A stretch of DNA of 64,000 nucleotides. Source: a virus. A program made the position numbers and the translations under genes. Below the pieces are notes generated by a model. That model had not been told where the DNA came from and ran no database searches. It was given only the letters and a program-made list of their open reading frames with translations. Of the stretch, positions 40,049 to 47,937 are shown one piece after another. Every line of letters begins with the position of its first letter. Positions within the stretch are counted from its first letter, which is position 1. Location of the stretch: the IMG/VR virus record IMGVR_UViG_3300025674_000002. One strand, 5' to 3'.

Positions 40049-41035
40049 TTGGCAAACGCTCGTGGAAAGAGCATCGACAATACCCACTTGTCGGTAGACA
40101 CCGCCCTCGCTCGGGGCTTCATTCACCGTGACTACGTCGCACACTGTCTGCGCTGGACGTACGTCATGAAGGAGATGGCGCGCAAGCAGGTCTACAAGAC
40201 TTCGCGCATCCTGGATATCGGCTGCGGCGTCGACGTCCCGCTCGCCAAAACTCTCTACTCGTCCCGCTACATCGTCGAACACTACATCGGCATGGACTGG
40301 AACCACGGTGCTAAGCTGGACATCACTCCATTTCACACTGGTAAGTTTCCTGTGGATGTGTTCGGTCGCGTCGACTTTGCGTCGAACCAGGTCACGATCG
40401 AGGAAACGGCCGACGGTCGCATGGGCATCAACATCGTCGGCGAGAACGCCGATGGCAACAAGCCCAACGAAGACTTCTTCTATCTGCCCAACGTCATCAC
40501 CTGCTTTGAGATGCTCGAGCACATCGAGCCGGCGCACGTGCGTGCCGTTCTTACCAAGGTTCGTACCATCATGAACCTGGCGGCGGCGGAGGGGCAGGAC
40601 CCCATCTTCTATATGTCGACGCCCAACTACGACTCCAATGTCGGTCACGCCGCCAACCACGTGAACGAGATGGATCACAACGCCCTGGGCTGGCTGATCG
40701 AGGAATGCGGTCTCACGATCAAGCGCGAGATCGGCACGTTCGCTTCGCAGCGTGACTACGTGCACAAGCTGTACGCCGATTTCCCGGGCGCCGACAAGGT
40801 CTACCAGGCCCTCGCCGACGTCTACGACTCCAACTACCTCGCGACGATTTTCGCTCCGCTGTATCCGGCCGACGCGAGGAACTGCATGTGGACCCTCGGG
40901 CCCACGAAGGAAGGGTACGAGCGGAAATACCCGATGCTGCAGACCGACGGCGCGCCGTGGTCTTCCAGCGAGAACTGGCGTCACATGTTCGAGGGCTTCG
41001 CTGACGCCTACAATCCGGCCACCGGCGTCGTCTGA
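40049..41035 (+). CDS. class I SAM-dependent methyltransferase
   Basis: AAGGAGAACAGAA TTG; motif I RILDIGCGVDVP, later VITCFEMLEHIEP; no DPPY/PCQ-type DNA-MTase motif seen. Confidence 0.7.
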   Translation: MANARGKSIDNTHLSVDTALARGFIHRDYVAHCLRWTYVMKEMARKQVYKTSRILDIGCGVDVPLAKTLYSSRYIVEHYIGMDWNHGAKLDITPFHTGKFPVDVFGRVDFASNQVTIEETADGRMGINIVGENADGNKPNEDFFYLPNVITCFEMLEHIEPAHVRAVLTKVRTIMNLAAAEGQDPIFYMSTPNYDSNVGHAANHVNEMDHNALGWLIEECGLTIKREIGTFASQRDYVHKLYADFPGADKVYQALADVYDSNYLATIFAPLYPADARNCMWTLGPTKEGYERKYPMLQTDGAPWSSSENWRHMFEGFADAYNPATGVV

Positions 41036-41149
41036 TGGCGAAGATCGCAGCGTTGAGGAACAGCTCCATGCTGTCCTCTTCGTGGTTCACAACCGGTATC
41101 GGCCGTTATACATATAGGCAGCTGCTGATACCTTTCCAATACAGGTAGG

Positions 41150-41755
41150 ATGATGGAATACTACTTCCATAATTGCATCGCCGCGTTCCACGAGAAGTTC
41201 GGCATCGGCTACAGCGGCGAGGTCGAACGCCATCTCGACGCCGAACTCAGGGACTTCCGCATCAAGTTCCTGAACGAGGAATTCGACGAGTACGTCGAAG
41301 CATATTCCAAGCGCGACCTCGAGAAGCAGTTCGACGGCCTGATCGACCTCATGTACGTAACGGTCGGCACGCTCTACCTTCATGGTCAGGCGTATAGAGA
41401 GCGCAGCATCGTGACGGGATACTTCGGTCCTCCTCGCGAGCTGGACGACACGCTGGCCCAGTATCACATGCGCCAGATGGCTCTGTACATCAAGAAGTAC
41501 GAGTCGGCGACGGATGCTGGGTATCTCGACGGCAAGCTCGACGCGCTCCAGGAGCTCGGTCAGTGCGTGCTGGAAACGGCGGCAGCGCACGGGTTCGCGT
41601 TCAACCTCGGCTGGTTGCGCGTCCACTCCGCCAACATGAAGAAGGTGCGCGCCGAGCGTGACGACACGCGTGGCCACAGGGACACCCAATTCGACATCGT
41701 GAAGCCGGAAGGCTGGGTGCCAGCGAAGCTGACCGACCTCGTCTTTCCAAACTAG
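41150..41755 (+). CDS. all-alpha NTP pyrophosphohydrolase (MazG/HisE-like)
   Basis: RDFRIKFLNEEFDEYVEA..FDGLIDLMYVTVGT..VHSANMKK pattern. Confidence 0.55.
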   Translation: MMEYYFHNCIAAFHEKFGIGYSGEVERHLDAELRDFRIKFLNEEFDEYVEAYSKRDLEKQFDGLIDLMYVTVGTLYLHGQAYRERSIVTGYFGPPRELDDTLAQYHMRQMALYIKKYESATDAGYLDGKLDALQELGQCVLETAAAHGFAFNLGWLRVHSANMKKVRAERDDTRGHRDTQFDIVKPEGWVPAKLTDLVFPN

Positions 41756-41763
41756 GAGCTGTC

Positions 41764-42570
41764 ATGACACGCCATACGATCTTCGTCTTGGAAGGCCCCG
41801 ATGGGGTCGGCAAGACGACACTCGGCAAGGCGCTCGTCGAACGGCTCAATGGTCGGTATCTGCATCTGACCTATCGGTACCCGGACAATATGTTCGGGTA
41901 CCACCGAGCCGCCATCGAGTGGTGCCTCAAGAAGGCCAAGAACCAGCACGTGATCCTGGATCGCTGGTGGCCGAGCGAAGTCGCGTATGCTAAGGCGTAT
42001 CGCGGCGGAACGAAGTGCCCGTACATTTCGGTCCTTCTGGATACGATGGCACTGACCCATGATATCGTGTACATCTGGTGTATGCCACATGACCGCGAGC
42101 GTGTGGGTACAAACTTCGCCCAGCTCAAGGATAAACGCGAAGAAATGTACAGCGAAGGAATGCTTCGTGTGTACGATGCCTTCGACGTACTGATGCGGAA
42201 GATGGACAGGGGCTCCCGTCTCCACTTCCGCTATGACGTATTCAGCGTCGTGGACGGGGCGATCAGCATGACTCGGTGGATCGAATGGATGATCAATTCG
42301 GTCGCCCTTCGACTCAATGTGTGCTCGAAGCAGGAATATCCGAGCTGCCTCGTAGGAAACAGGTGGAACCCGGATGAGGGTTTCATCATCGACGAGCCGT
42401 TGTCGAAGCGCCCTGTGCTGTCCGAGGCGACTCCCAAATCGTTGAAGTTCGCGGAGTACGCGCACCTCAGCAGACCCAACTATGTGGCTGTGAATATCCA
42501 TCATGTGGCAAGCCCGGAATTCCGGGAATACCGCCATATGCGGCCCGAAATCGAGTGGAGGTTCTTTTGA
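41764..42570 (+). CDS. dNMP (thymidylate-type) kinase domain with C-terminal extension of about 110 aa
   Basis: IFVLEGPDGVGKTTLGKAL P-loop and ILDRWWPSEVAYA (DR..S..AY) as in thymidylate kinases. Confidence 0.65.
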   Translation: MTRHTIFVLEGPDGVGKTTLGKALVERLNGRYLHLTYRYPDNMFGYHRAAIEWCLKKAKNQHVILDRWWPSEVAYAKAYRGGTKCPYISVLLDTMALTHDIVYIWCMPHDRERVGTNFAQLKDKREEMYSEGMLRVYDAFDVLMRKMDRGSRLHFRYDVFSVVDGAISMTRWIEWMINSVALRLNVCSKQEYPSCLVGNRWNPDEGFIIDEPLSKRPVLSEATPKSLKFAEYAHLSRPNYVAVNIHHVASPEFREYRHMRPEIEWRFF

Positions 42571-43361
42571 CCCAATTCTTTGACTGCGCCAACAATGCCT
42601 GGGAACGCCTTCTTCAGGACGTTTACCAGGACGGCGAAATCAGCAGTCCTCGGGGCATGGAGACGAAGGAAATTCTGGATTACACGATGCGTTTCGATAT
42701 GACGTATCCGGTGATCACACATCCGGCCCGTAACCTGGGCTACAAGTTCATGGCGGCCGAAGCGGCTTGGATTCTGTCGGGCGACAACAGGGTCGAGACC
42801 ATCCTTCCCTACGCCAAGCGGATCAAGGAATTCTCCGACGATGGTATCCGCTTCTTCGGCGCGTACGGCCCCCGGATCGTGGATCAACTCTCGTACGTCG
42901 TCGACACGCTGGTCAAGGACCCCGACTCGCGGCAGGCGGTGATGACGATCTGGCGGCCCAATCCGCGTATAACGAAGGACGTGCCGTGTACCGTGTCGGT
43001 GCAGTGGGTGATCCGGGAAGGCAAGCTCCACTGTCTCGACAAGATGCGTTCATCTGACGCCTGGCTCGGGTGGCCCTACGACGTATTCAACTTCTCAATG
43101 CTGTCGGCGATGATCGCGGTCGAGTACTGGATGCGTACTTCCGAGTACATCGAGCCGGGGACGTTCAGCCTCAGTGCGACATCCCAGCATATCTACGAGC
43201 GCAACTACGAGAACGTCAAGGACGTCCTGTACCGGCGGCTTTCTCCCTCGGACCGCGGCCCCCAGCTGGTGGTTCAGCGGTTCGAGCACAGCTCGGACAT
43301 TGTCTCGGCGCTGTGGGAATACGCCGTCACCGGCGACCTGCACAAGCAGGAAATGATCTGA
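42567..43361 (+). CDS. thymidylate-synthase-family pyrimidine C5 transferase, predicted dCMP-specific (hydroxymethylase or methylase)
   Basis: DPDSRQAVMTIW, VPCTVSVQW (catalytic Cys), MRSSDA, GWPYDVFN, SQHIY align without gaps to ThyA blocks; Asp at the Asn177-equivalent position; TTG 42567 behind GGAGG (ORF opens at GTG 42555). Confidence 0.7.
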   Translation: MTQFFDCANNAWERLLQDVYQDGEISSPRGMETKEILDYTMRFDMTYPVITHPARNLGYKFMAAEAAWILSGDNRVETILPYAKRIKEFSDDGIRFFGAYGPRIVDQLSYVVDTLVKDPDSRQAVMTIWRPNPRITKDVPCTVSVQWVIREGKLHCLDKMRSSDAWLGWPYDVFNFSMLSAMIAVEYWMRTSEYIEPGTFSLSATSQHIYERNYENVKDVLYRRLSPSDRGPQLVVQRFEHSSDIVSALWEYAVTGDLHKQEMI

Positions 43362-43798
43362 TGCGCCCGTCATCTGACGAATTCTTTCTTCAGATGGCGG
43401 AACTGACGGCGACGCGTGGCACCTGCCCGCGTCGCCAAGTCGGTTGCGTTATCATCAACCACCATCGCCACGTCATCGCGACGGGCTACAACGGCACGCC
43501 GCGTGGGTTCGCTCACTGTACTCACGAGCCGTGTGCCGGTGCGCACTATCCGTCCGGGCAGGGATTGGAGAAGTGCGAAGCAGTTCATGCTGAGGCCAAT
43601 GCTCTTCTTCAGTGCAAGGATGTGGAAGAAATCCACTCCCTGTTCTGTACCGCTTCTCCGTGCATCCACTGCACGAAGCTCATCCTGAATACGTCGTGCA
43701 AACGCATCGTATTCCGTCATGAATATCCGCACAGCGACTCCGAGAACTTGTGGCGTCGCGCCGGCAGAGAGTGGGTTCATCTTGGCGAAAAGAAGTAA
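43361..43798 (+). CDS. dCMP deaminase
   Basis: CEAVHAEANAL (HAE zinc site) and SPCIHCTKLI (PCxxC); TGATG overlap with the upstream gene. Confidence 0.85.
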   Translation: MRPSSDEFFLQMAELTATRGTCPRRQVGCVIINHHRHVIATGYNGTPRGFAHCTHEPCAGAHYPSGQGLEKCEAVHAEANALLQCKDVEEIHSLFCTASPCIHCTKLILNTSCKRIVFRHEYPHSDSENLWRRAGREWVHLGEKK

Positions 43799-45752
43799 AT
43801 CCAAGAAGCTCAGCAGCGAACTCCAACTCGGGCTGTTTGCTCCGGCATCTGATTGGACGCCGCCCGAGTCCCTTCCTGATCTGTCCGCTGCCAAGGCGAT
43901 CGGTATCGACGTCGAGTCACGCGATCCGTATCTTAATGAAGAAGGCCCAGGCTTCATTCGAGGCGATGCTCGAGTTGTAGGCATCAGTCTCGCTGTTGAA
44001 GATGGGCCGAAAATGTATCTCCCGTTCGGTCACCTTGACGGCGGGAACATGGACAAAGACAAGGTCGTAGACTACGTCAAGGTGCAGCTTAGCCGTCCGC
44101 ACCAGACGAAGGCCGGCGCCAACCTGATGTACGAGCTCGAGGCACTTGACTCGCTTGGCATTCCTATTGTTGGGCCGCTGTGGGATATTCAGAATGCAGA
44201 GCCGCTCCTGGACGAGGAGAAGGCTGACGGGTATTCGCTCGAGGTTCTATCTCGCGACTACCTCGGTCAAGGCAAGACGGAGAGGCTGCTTCGTGAGGCA
44301 GCGGACGCGTCCGGTATCGATCCCAAGTCGGAAATGTGGAAGCTCCACAGCAAGTACGTCGGCCCATACGCCGAGGACGACGCGCTCAATCCGATCCTGA
44401 TCATGAAGCAGCAGCATGCTCGGCTCGAGAAAGAGAAGCTGCTTGAGGTCATGAAGCTCGAGTCAGACCTGCAGCCGTGTCTCTGGAAGATGCGCAAGCG
44501 CGGAGTTCGGATCGATCTCGATGCTGCGGAGGCACTCTCGAGGGATATCCAAGAGCAGGAAAACCAGCTCATTCGGATGATGAAGAACCAGCTTGGCTTC
44601 TTCGTCGATCCATGGTCTCCTGTTAGCTTGCGTAAAGTTTTCGAGGCTCTCGGTCTCGAACATGCCATCAATAAAACTGCCAAGGGCAACGACTCCTTCA
44701 CAAACGAATACCTGCTCCAGCTGGGAGAGCAGTATCAGGAGCTCGGTCCGGTTCTCGAATTCCGGCAGATGAACAAGATGCGACGTGACTTCATCGAGGG
44801 TCTTATCCTCGCGAAGAACGTCAACGGTCGCCTGCATCCGAATTGGCACCAGCTTCGTACGGATGATGAGGACAAGCAGAATGGAACCAAGACTGGACGA
44901 ATTGCTTCTAGTAAGGTTAACCTCACGCAGATTCCTACGCGGTCTCCTAAATGGGGTAAGCCAATACGGCGTCTGTTCGTCGCAGACTATGGCGGACGTT
45001 GGTGCAAGCTTGACTACTCTCAGCAGGAACCAAGATGGTCCCTCCACTACGCGTTCATTAAGAACTATCCGGGGGCAGCTGAAGCTCGTCGCAAGTATCT
45101 AGAGAATCCCGACATCGATTACCACGAGATGGTACAGTTCATGATTCGCGATATGGTGGGCATGGACATCGGTCGCGGCAAGGCGAAGGGCATCAATCTC
45201 GGTTCTGCATACGGAATGGGTAAGTGGAAGCTAGCTCAGCAGCTCGGTGTGGATGTTGAAGAAGCTACCAAGCTCTTGAAAGCGTATCACCAAGGCGTGC
45301 CATACGTCAAGAAGCTGGCTGACTACTGCATGGAGCTAGCGCAGGCCAACGGGTTCATCAGGACGTATTCAGGCAGGAAACGTCGGTTCAACAGCTGGGA
45401 ACCTGCGCGGTGGGAAGACCGTGATGGTTACCCGATGAAAGATTATGAGGCAGCCGTAGATCGTTGGGGCAACGTGACGCGGGCATTAATCCACAAAGCC
45501 ATGAACGCGAAAATCCAGGGTTCTGCTGCTGATCAGATTAAGATGGCTATTGTGGAGATGGATCGGCAGGGAATTCTTCCTCACATTCAGGTTTACGATG
45601 AGATCAACACCACCATCTACGACGACGAAACGGCTTTTCAAATGCAGAAAATCCTCGAAACTATATGCCCGCTTGAAATCCCGTTTTCAGCAAAGCCTGA
45701 CGTCGGTACGTCGTGGGGCGACGTGGTGGAACTCGAAAGGGTAGCAGCATGA
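43719..45752 (+). CDS. family A DNA polymerase with 3'-5' exonuclease domain
   Basis: Exo I IGIDVES; motif A LDYSQQEPR; motif B RGKAKGINLGSAYGMG; motif C HIQVYDEIN; true start may be TTG 43782. Confidence 0.9.
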   Translation: MNIRTATPRTCGVAPAESGFILAKRSKSKKLSSELQLGLFAPASDWTPPESLPDLSAAKAIGIDVESRDPYLNEEGPGFIRGDARVVGISLAVEDGPKMYLPFGHLDGGNMDKDKVVDYVKVQLSRPHQTKAGANLMYELEALDSLGIPIVGPLWDIQNAEPLLDEEKADGYSLEVLSRDYLGQGKTERLLREAADASGIDPKSEMWKLHSKYVGPYAEDDALNPILIMKQQHARLEKEKLLEVMKLESDLQPCLWKMRKRGVRIDLDAAEALSRDIQEQENQLIRMMKNQLGFFVDPWSPVSLRKVFEALGLEHAINKTAKGNDSFTNEYLLQLGEQYQELGPVLEFRQMNKMRRDFIEGLILAKNVNGRLHPNWHQLRTDDEDKQNGTKTGRIASSKVNLTQIPTRSPKWGKPIRRLFVADYGGRWCKLDYSQQEPRWSLHYAFIKNYPGAAEARRKYLENPDIDYHEMVQFMIRDMVGMDIGRGKAKGINLGSAYGMGKWKLAQQLGVDVEEATKLLKAYHQGVPYVKKLADYCMELAQANGFIRTYSGRKRRFNSWEPARWEDRDGYPMKDYEAAVDRWGNVTRALIHKAMNAKIQGSAADQIKMAIVEMDRQGILPHIQVYDEINTTIYDDETAFQMQKILETICPLEIPFSAKPDVGTSWGDVVELERVAA

Positions 45753-46159
45753 AGGAAGATACCTTCGTAAAGCACTTCATGAGCGTGCTGGAACCCGACG
45801 TACACTTCAAGCAGATCGAAAACCTCATTGGGAACGGATTCCCTGATCTGCTCTATCATCGACTCGAAATCATGGGCATGATCGAGGCGAAGGTCGAACA
45901 TAGCGGAGAGGCTTTCTTCGAGTTCTTCCAGCTCCCGTTCATGGCTCAGATGTTGCGGACAGGCTTCTATCGCGTGTTCGTGGCTGTCGCTCATGACCGC
46001 AAGGATGTGTTTTCTCTGTATCACGCCTCCGAGTTCGTGAATGCTCCCAAGACCAAGAAGCAGAAATGGACAGTGGTCAAGTTGGGCGACCTAACCCCCT
46101 TGTGCAAGCCGGGGGACCTTGACATGCGGATGAAGCTGCTGACGGCTTTGTTGAAGTAA
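45749..46159 (+). CDS. PD-(D/E)xK-type nuclease (VRR-NUC-like)
   Basis: GNGFPDLLYHRLEIMGMIEAKV gives a D..E.K arrangement; ATGA overlap with the polymerase gene. Confidence 0.4.
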   Translation: MKEDTFVKHFMSVLEPDVHFKQIENLIGNGFPDLLYHRLEIMGMIEAKVEHSGEAFFEFFQLPFMAQMLRTGFYRVFVAVAHDRKDVFSLYHASEFVNAPKTKKQKWTVVKLGDLTPLCKPGDLDMRMKLLTALLK

Positions 46160-46174
46160 AACTAGCCGAACAAA

Positions 46175-46209
46175 CCGGGATGTACAGCAGATAATTTGCG
46201 TGATACAAT
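46175..46209 (+). promoter_or_regulatory. class I promoter
   Basis: CCGGGATGTACA-N14-TGATACAAT. Confidence 0.55.
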
Positions 46210-46247
46210 GAAACCGTCAGCGAGTTGCTGATAACTTAGAGGTAGAT

Positions 46248-46832
46248 ATGTCTGATCCAAACGACGTTTTCGCGCTGGCAGCCGCGGAAGAAGAAGCGCC
46301 TGTCACCGACGATAGTTTGTCGGAAATCGCAGAGCTGGCTCGGCAGCAGCTGGCCCTCGACACCGAGATCGCCAACCTCGAGGCGACTCTCAAGGAGAAG
46401 AAGGAGGAATTCCGTCGCATTTCCGAGCAGTCCCTGCCCGAGGCCCTTGACTCGGTCGGTATGTCCGAGTTCACGCTCGACACCGGCTTCAAGATCAAGG
46501 TGTCGACGTTCTATAACGCTTCCATCCCGCCGGATCGGAAGGAAGAAGCGTACCAGTGGCTCGACGACAACGGGCATGGGGGCATGATCAAGACCGAAGT
46601 GAAGACGAACTTCGGCCGTGGTGAACTGGAGGCAGCGAAAGCTCTCATTGCGGAAATCAACGAGAACCACCCCGAAATCGCCATGGACCTCAACCAGACG
46701 GTCCACTGGCAGACACTCCGTGCCTGGGTCAAAGAGCAGGTCGAAGGGGGTCACTCGCTCCCGATCGACATGTTTGGCGTCTTCGTGGGCCGGAAGACCA
46801 AGATCACGCTCGCGGCTTCCAAAACGCGTTAA
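46248..46832 (+). CDS. hypothetical protein with N-terminal coiled coil (recombination/replication accessory candidate)
   Basis: 194-aa ORF preceding the SSB-like gene. Confidence 0.5.
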   Translation: MSDPNDVFALAAAEEEAPVTDDSLSEIAELARQQLALDTEIANLEATLKEKKEEFRRISEQSLPEALDSVGMSEFTLDTGFKIKVSTFYNASIPPDRKEEAYQWLDDNGHGGMIKTEVKTNFGRGELEAAKALIAEINENHPEIAMDLNQTVHWQTLRAWVKEQVEGGHSLPIDMFGVFVGRKTKITLAASKTR

Positions 46833-46908
46833 CAAGCCGAAGCGAGATAAGTCGGCGAAACTCGGCGACTTTTACAACCTGTACAGGATCAACTGGAGAA
46901 TACAGCAA

Positions 46909-47778
46909 ATGGCTACGAAAACCAAGGCTGAAGTAGCGACAGCCGAAGCTGAAAATACTGCCGTCTCCGCCTTCAATGAAGACCTCCTGGCTATGGCCAT
47001 GCAGGACTCCGGCCAGGGCACCAACGAACTCGGCATGGATGATGTCGCGGTTCCCTACCTCTATCTCCTGCAGAGCGGTTCTCCGCAGGTGAACCCGGAC
47101 AGCGACGCCTACATCGAGGGCGCGCTTCCCGGCATGTTCTACAACAACGTCGAAGAAGAAGTCTATGAAGGTCGGAACGTCGGTCTGCGGGTGATCCCGT
47201 GCGCTTACGAGCGGCGGTACGTCGAATGGGTCGACCGTGACTCGGGCGGTGGTTACGTCCGTGATCACGACATCAATTCCAACATCATGTCGCTGACCAA
47301 GCCCGACGAGAAGGGCCGGCCCCATCTCGAGAACGGCAACATCATCGTCGAGACGGCCTACCACTACGTCTACTTCCAGCACCCGGAGACGGGGACCTGG
47401 GGTCAGATCATCATCCCGATGAAGTCCACCCAGCTCAAGAAGAGCCGCCGGTGGAACAAGTCGCTGATGTCGACGCTGATCCCCGGTACGCAGAAGACGG
47501 CGCCGCGGTGGCTGTTCCCCTACCAGCTCAAGTCGGTGAAGGAGCAGAAGGGCAACGACACCTATTCCAACGTCGATCTCGAACGGATCGGCGAGCCGGT
47601 CTCGATGGAAATGTACATGCAGTGCAAGGCCTTCGCCGACCTGTTCGATCGCGGACTGGTCGTGAAGGGCGATGAAACCGCTGTCGCCGGCGCCGCCGGT
47701 GATGCGGGTGATGGTGGTCAGTCGAAGAACGTCAAGGGCCCGGACTACGCGGGCGGCGACGACGAAATCCCGTTCTGA
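46909..47778 (+). CDS. ssDNA-binding/annealing protein candidate with SSB-like acidic C-terminal tip
   Basis: GGAGAATACAGCAA ATG; ends ..GPDYAGGDDEIPF, like the DDDIPF tip of bacterial SSB. Confidence 0.45.
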   Translation: MATKTKAEVATAEAENTAVSAFNEDLLAMAMQDSGQGTNELGMDDVAVPYLYLLQSGSPQVNPDSDAYIEGALPGMFYNNVEEEVYEGRNVGLRVIPCAYERRYVEWVDRDSGGGYVRDHDINSNIMSLTKPDEKGRPHLENGNIIVETAYHYVYFQHPETGTWGQIIIPMKSTQLKKSRRWNKSLMSTLIPGTQKTAPRWLFPYQLKSVKEQKGNDTYSNVDLERIGEPVSMEMYMQCKAFADLFDRGLVVKGDETAVAGAAGDAGDGGQSKNVKGPDYAGGDDEIPF

Positions 47779-47794
47779 TCACGGCGGACCAAGA

Positions 47795-47826
47795 GCCTCT
47801 CTCCCGAAAGGGAGGGAGGCTTTTAT
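47795..47826 (+). terminator. intrinsic terminator
   Basis: GCCTCTCTCCC-GAAA-GGGAGGGAGGC then TTTTAT. Confidence 0.75.
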
Positions 47827-47937
47827 GGTGCTTCGATTAAACTCCCGGACGCTATAGTGACTATCCATACACCAAGGGCCCCGGGTGTTTAATAGGAATA
47901 CCCCCGATTTACGCCAATGATGCATAGGGAATGACCA

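Noticed and set aside
40028-40984. 318-aa minus-strand ORF (and 35041-36180, 24782-25492, 26152-27006, 22080-22532 minus)
   Set aside because: These lie antisense to the methyltransferase, primase-helicase and other plus-strand genes that carry clear motifs or SDs; the composition is typical of GC-rich antisense frames.
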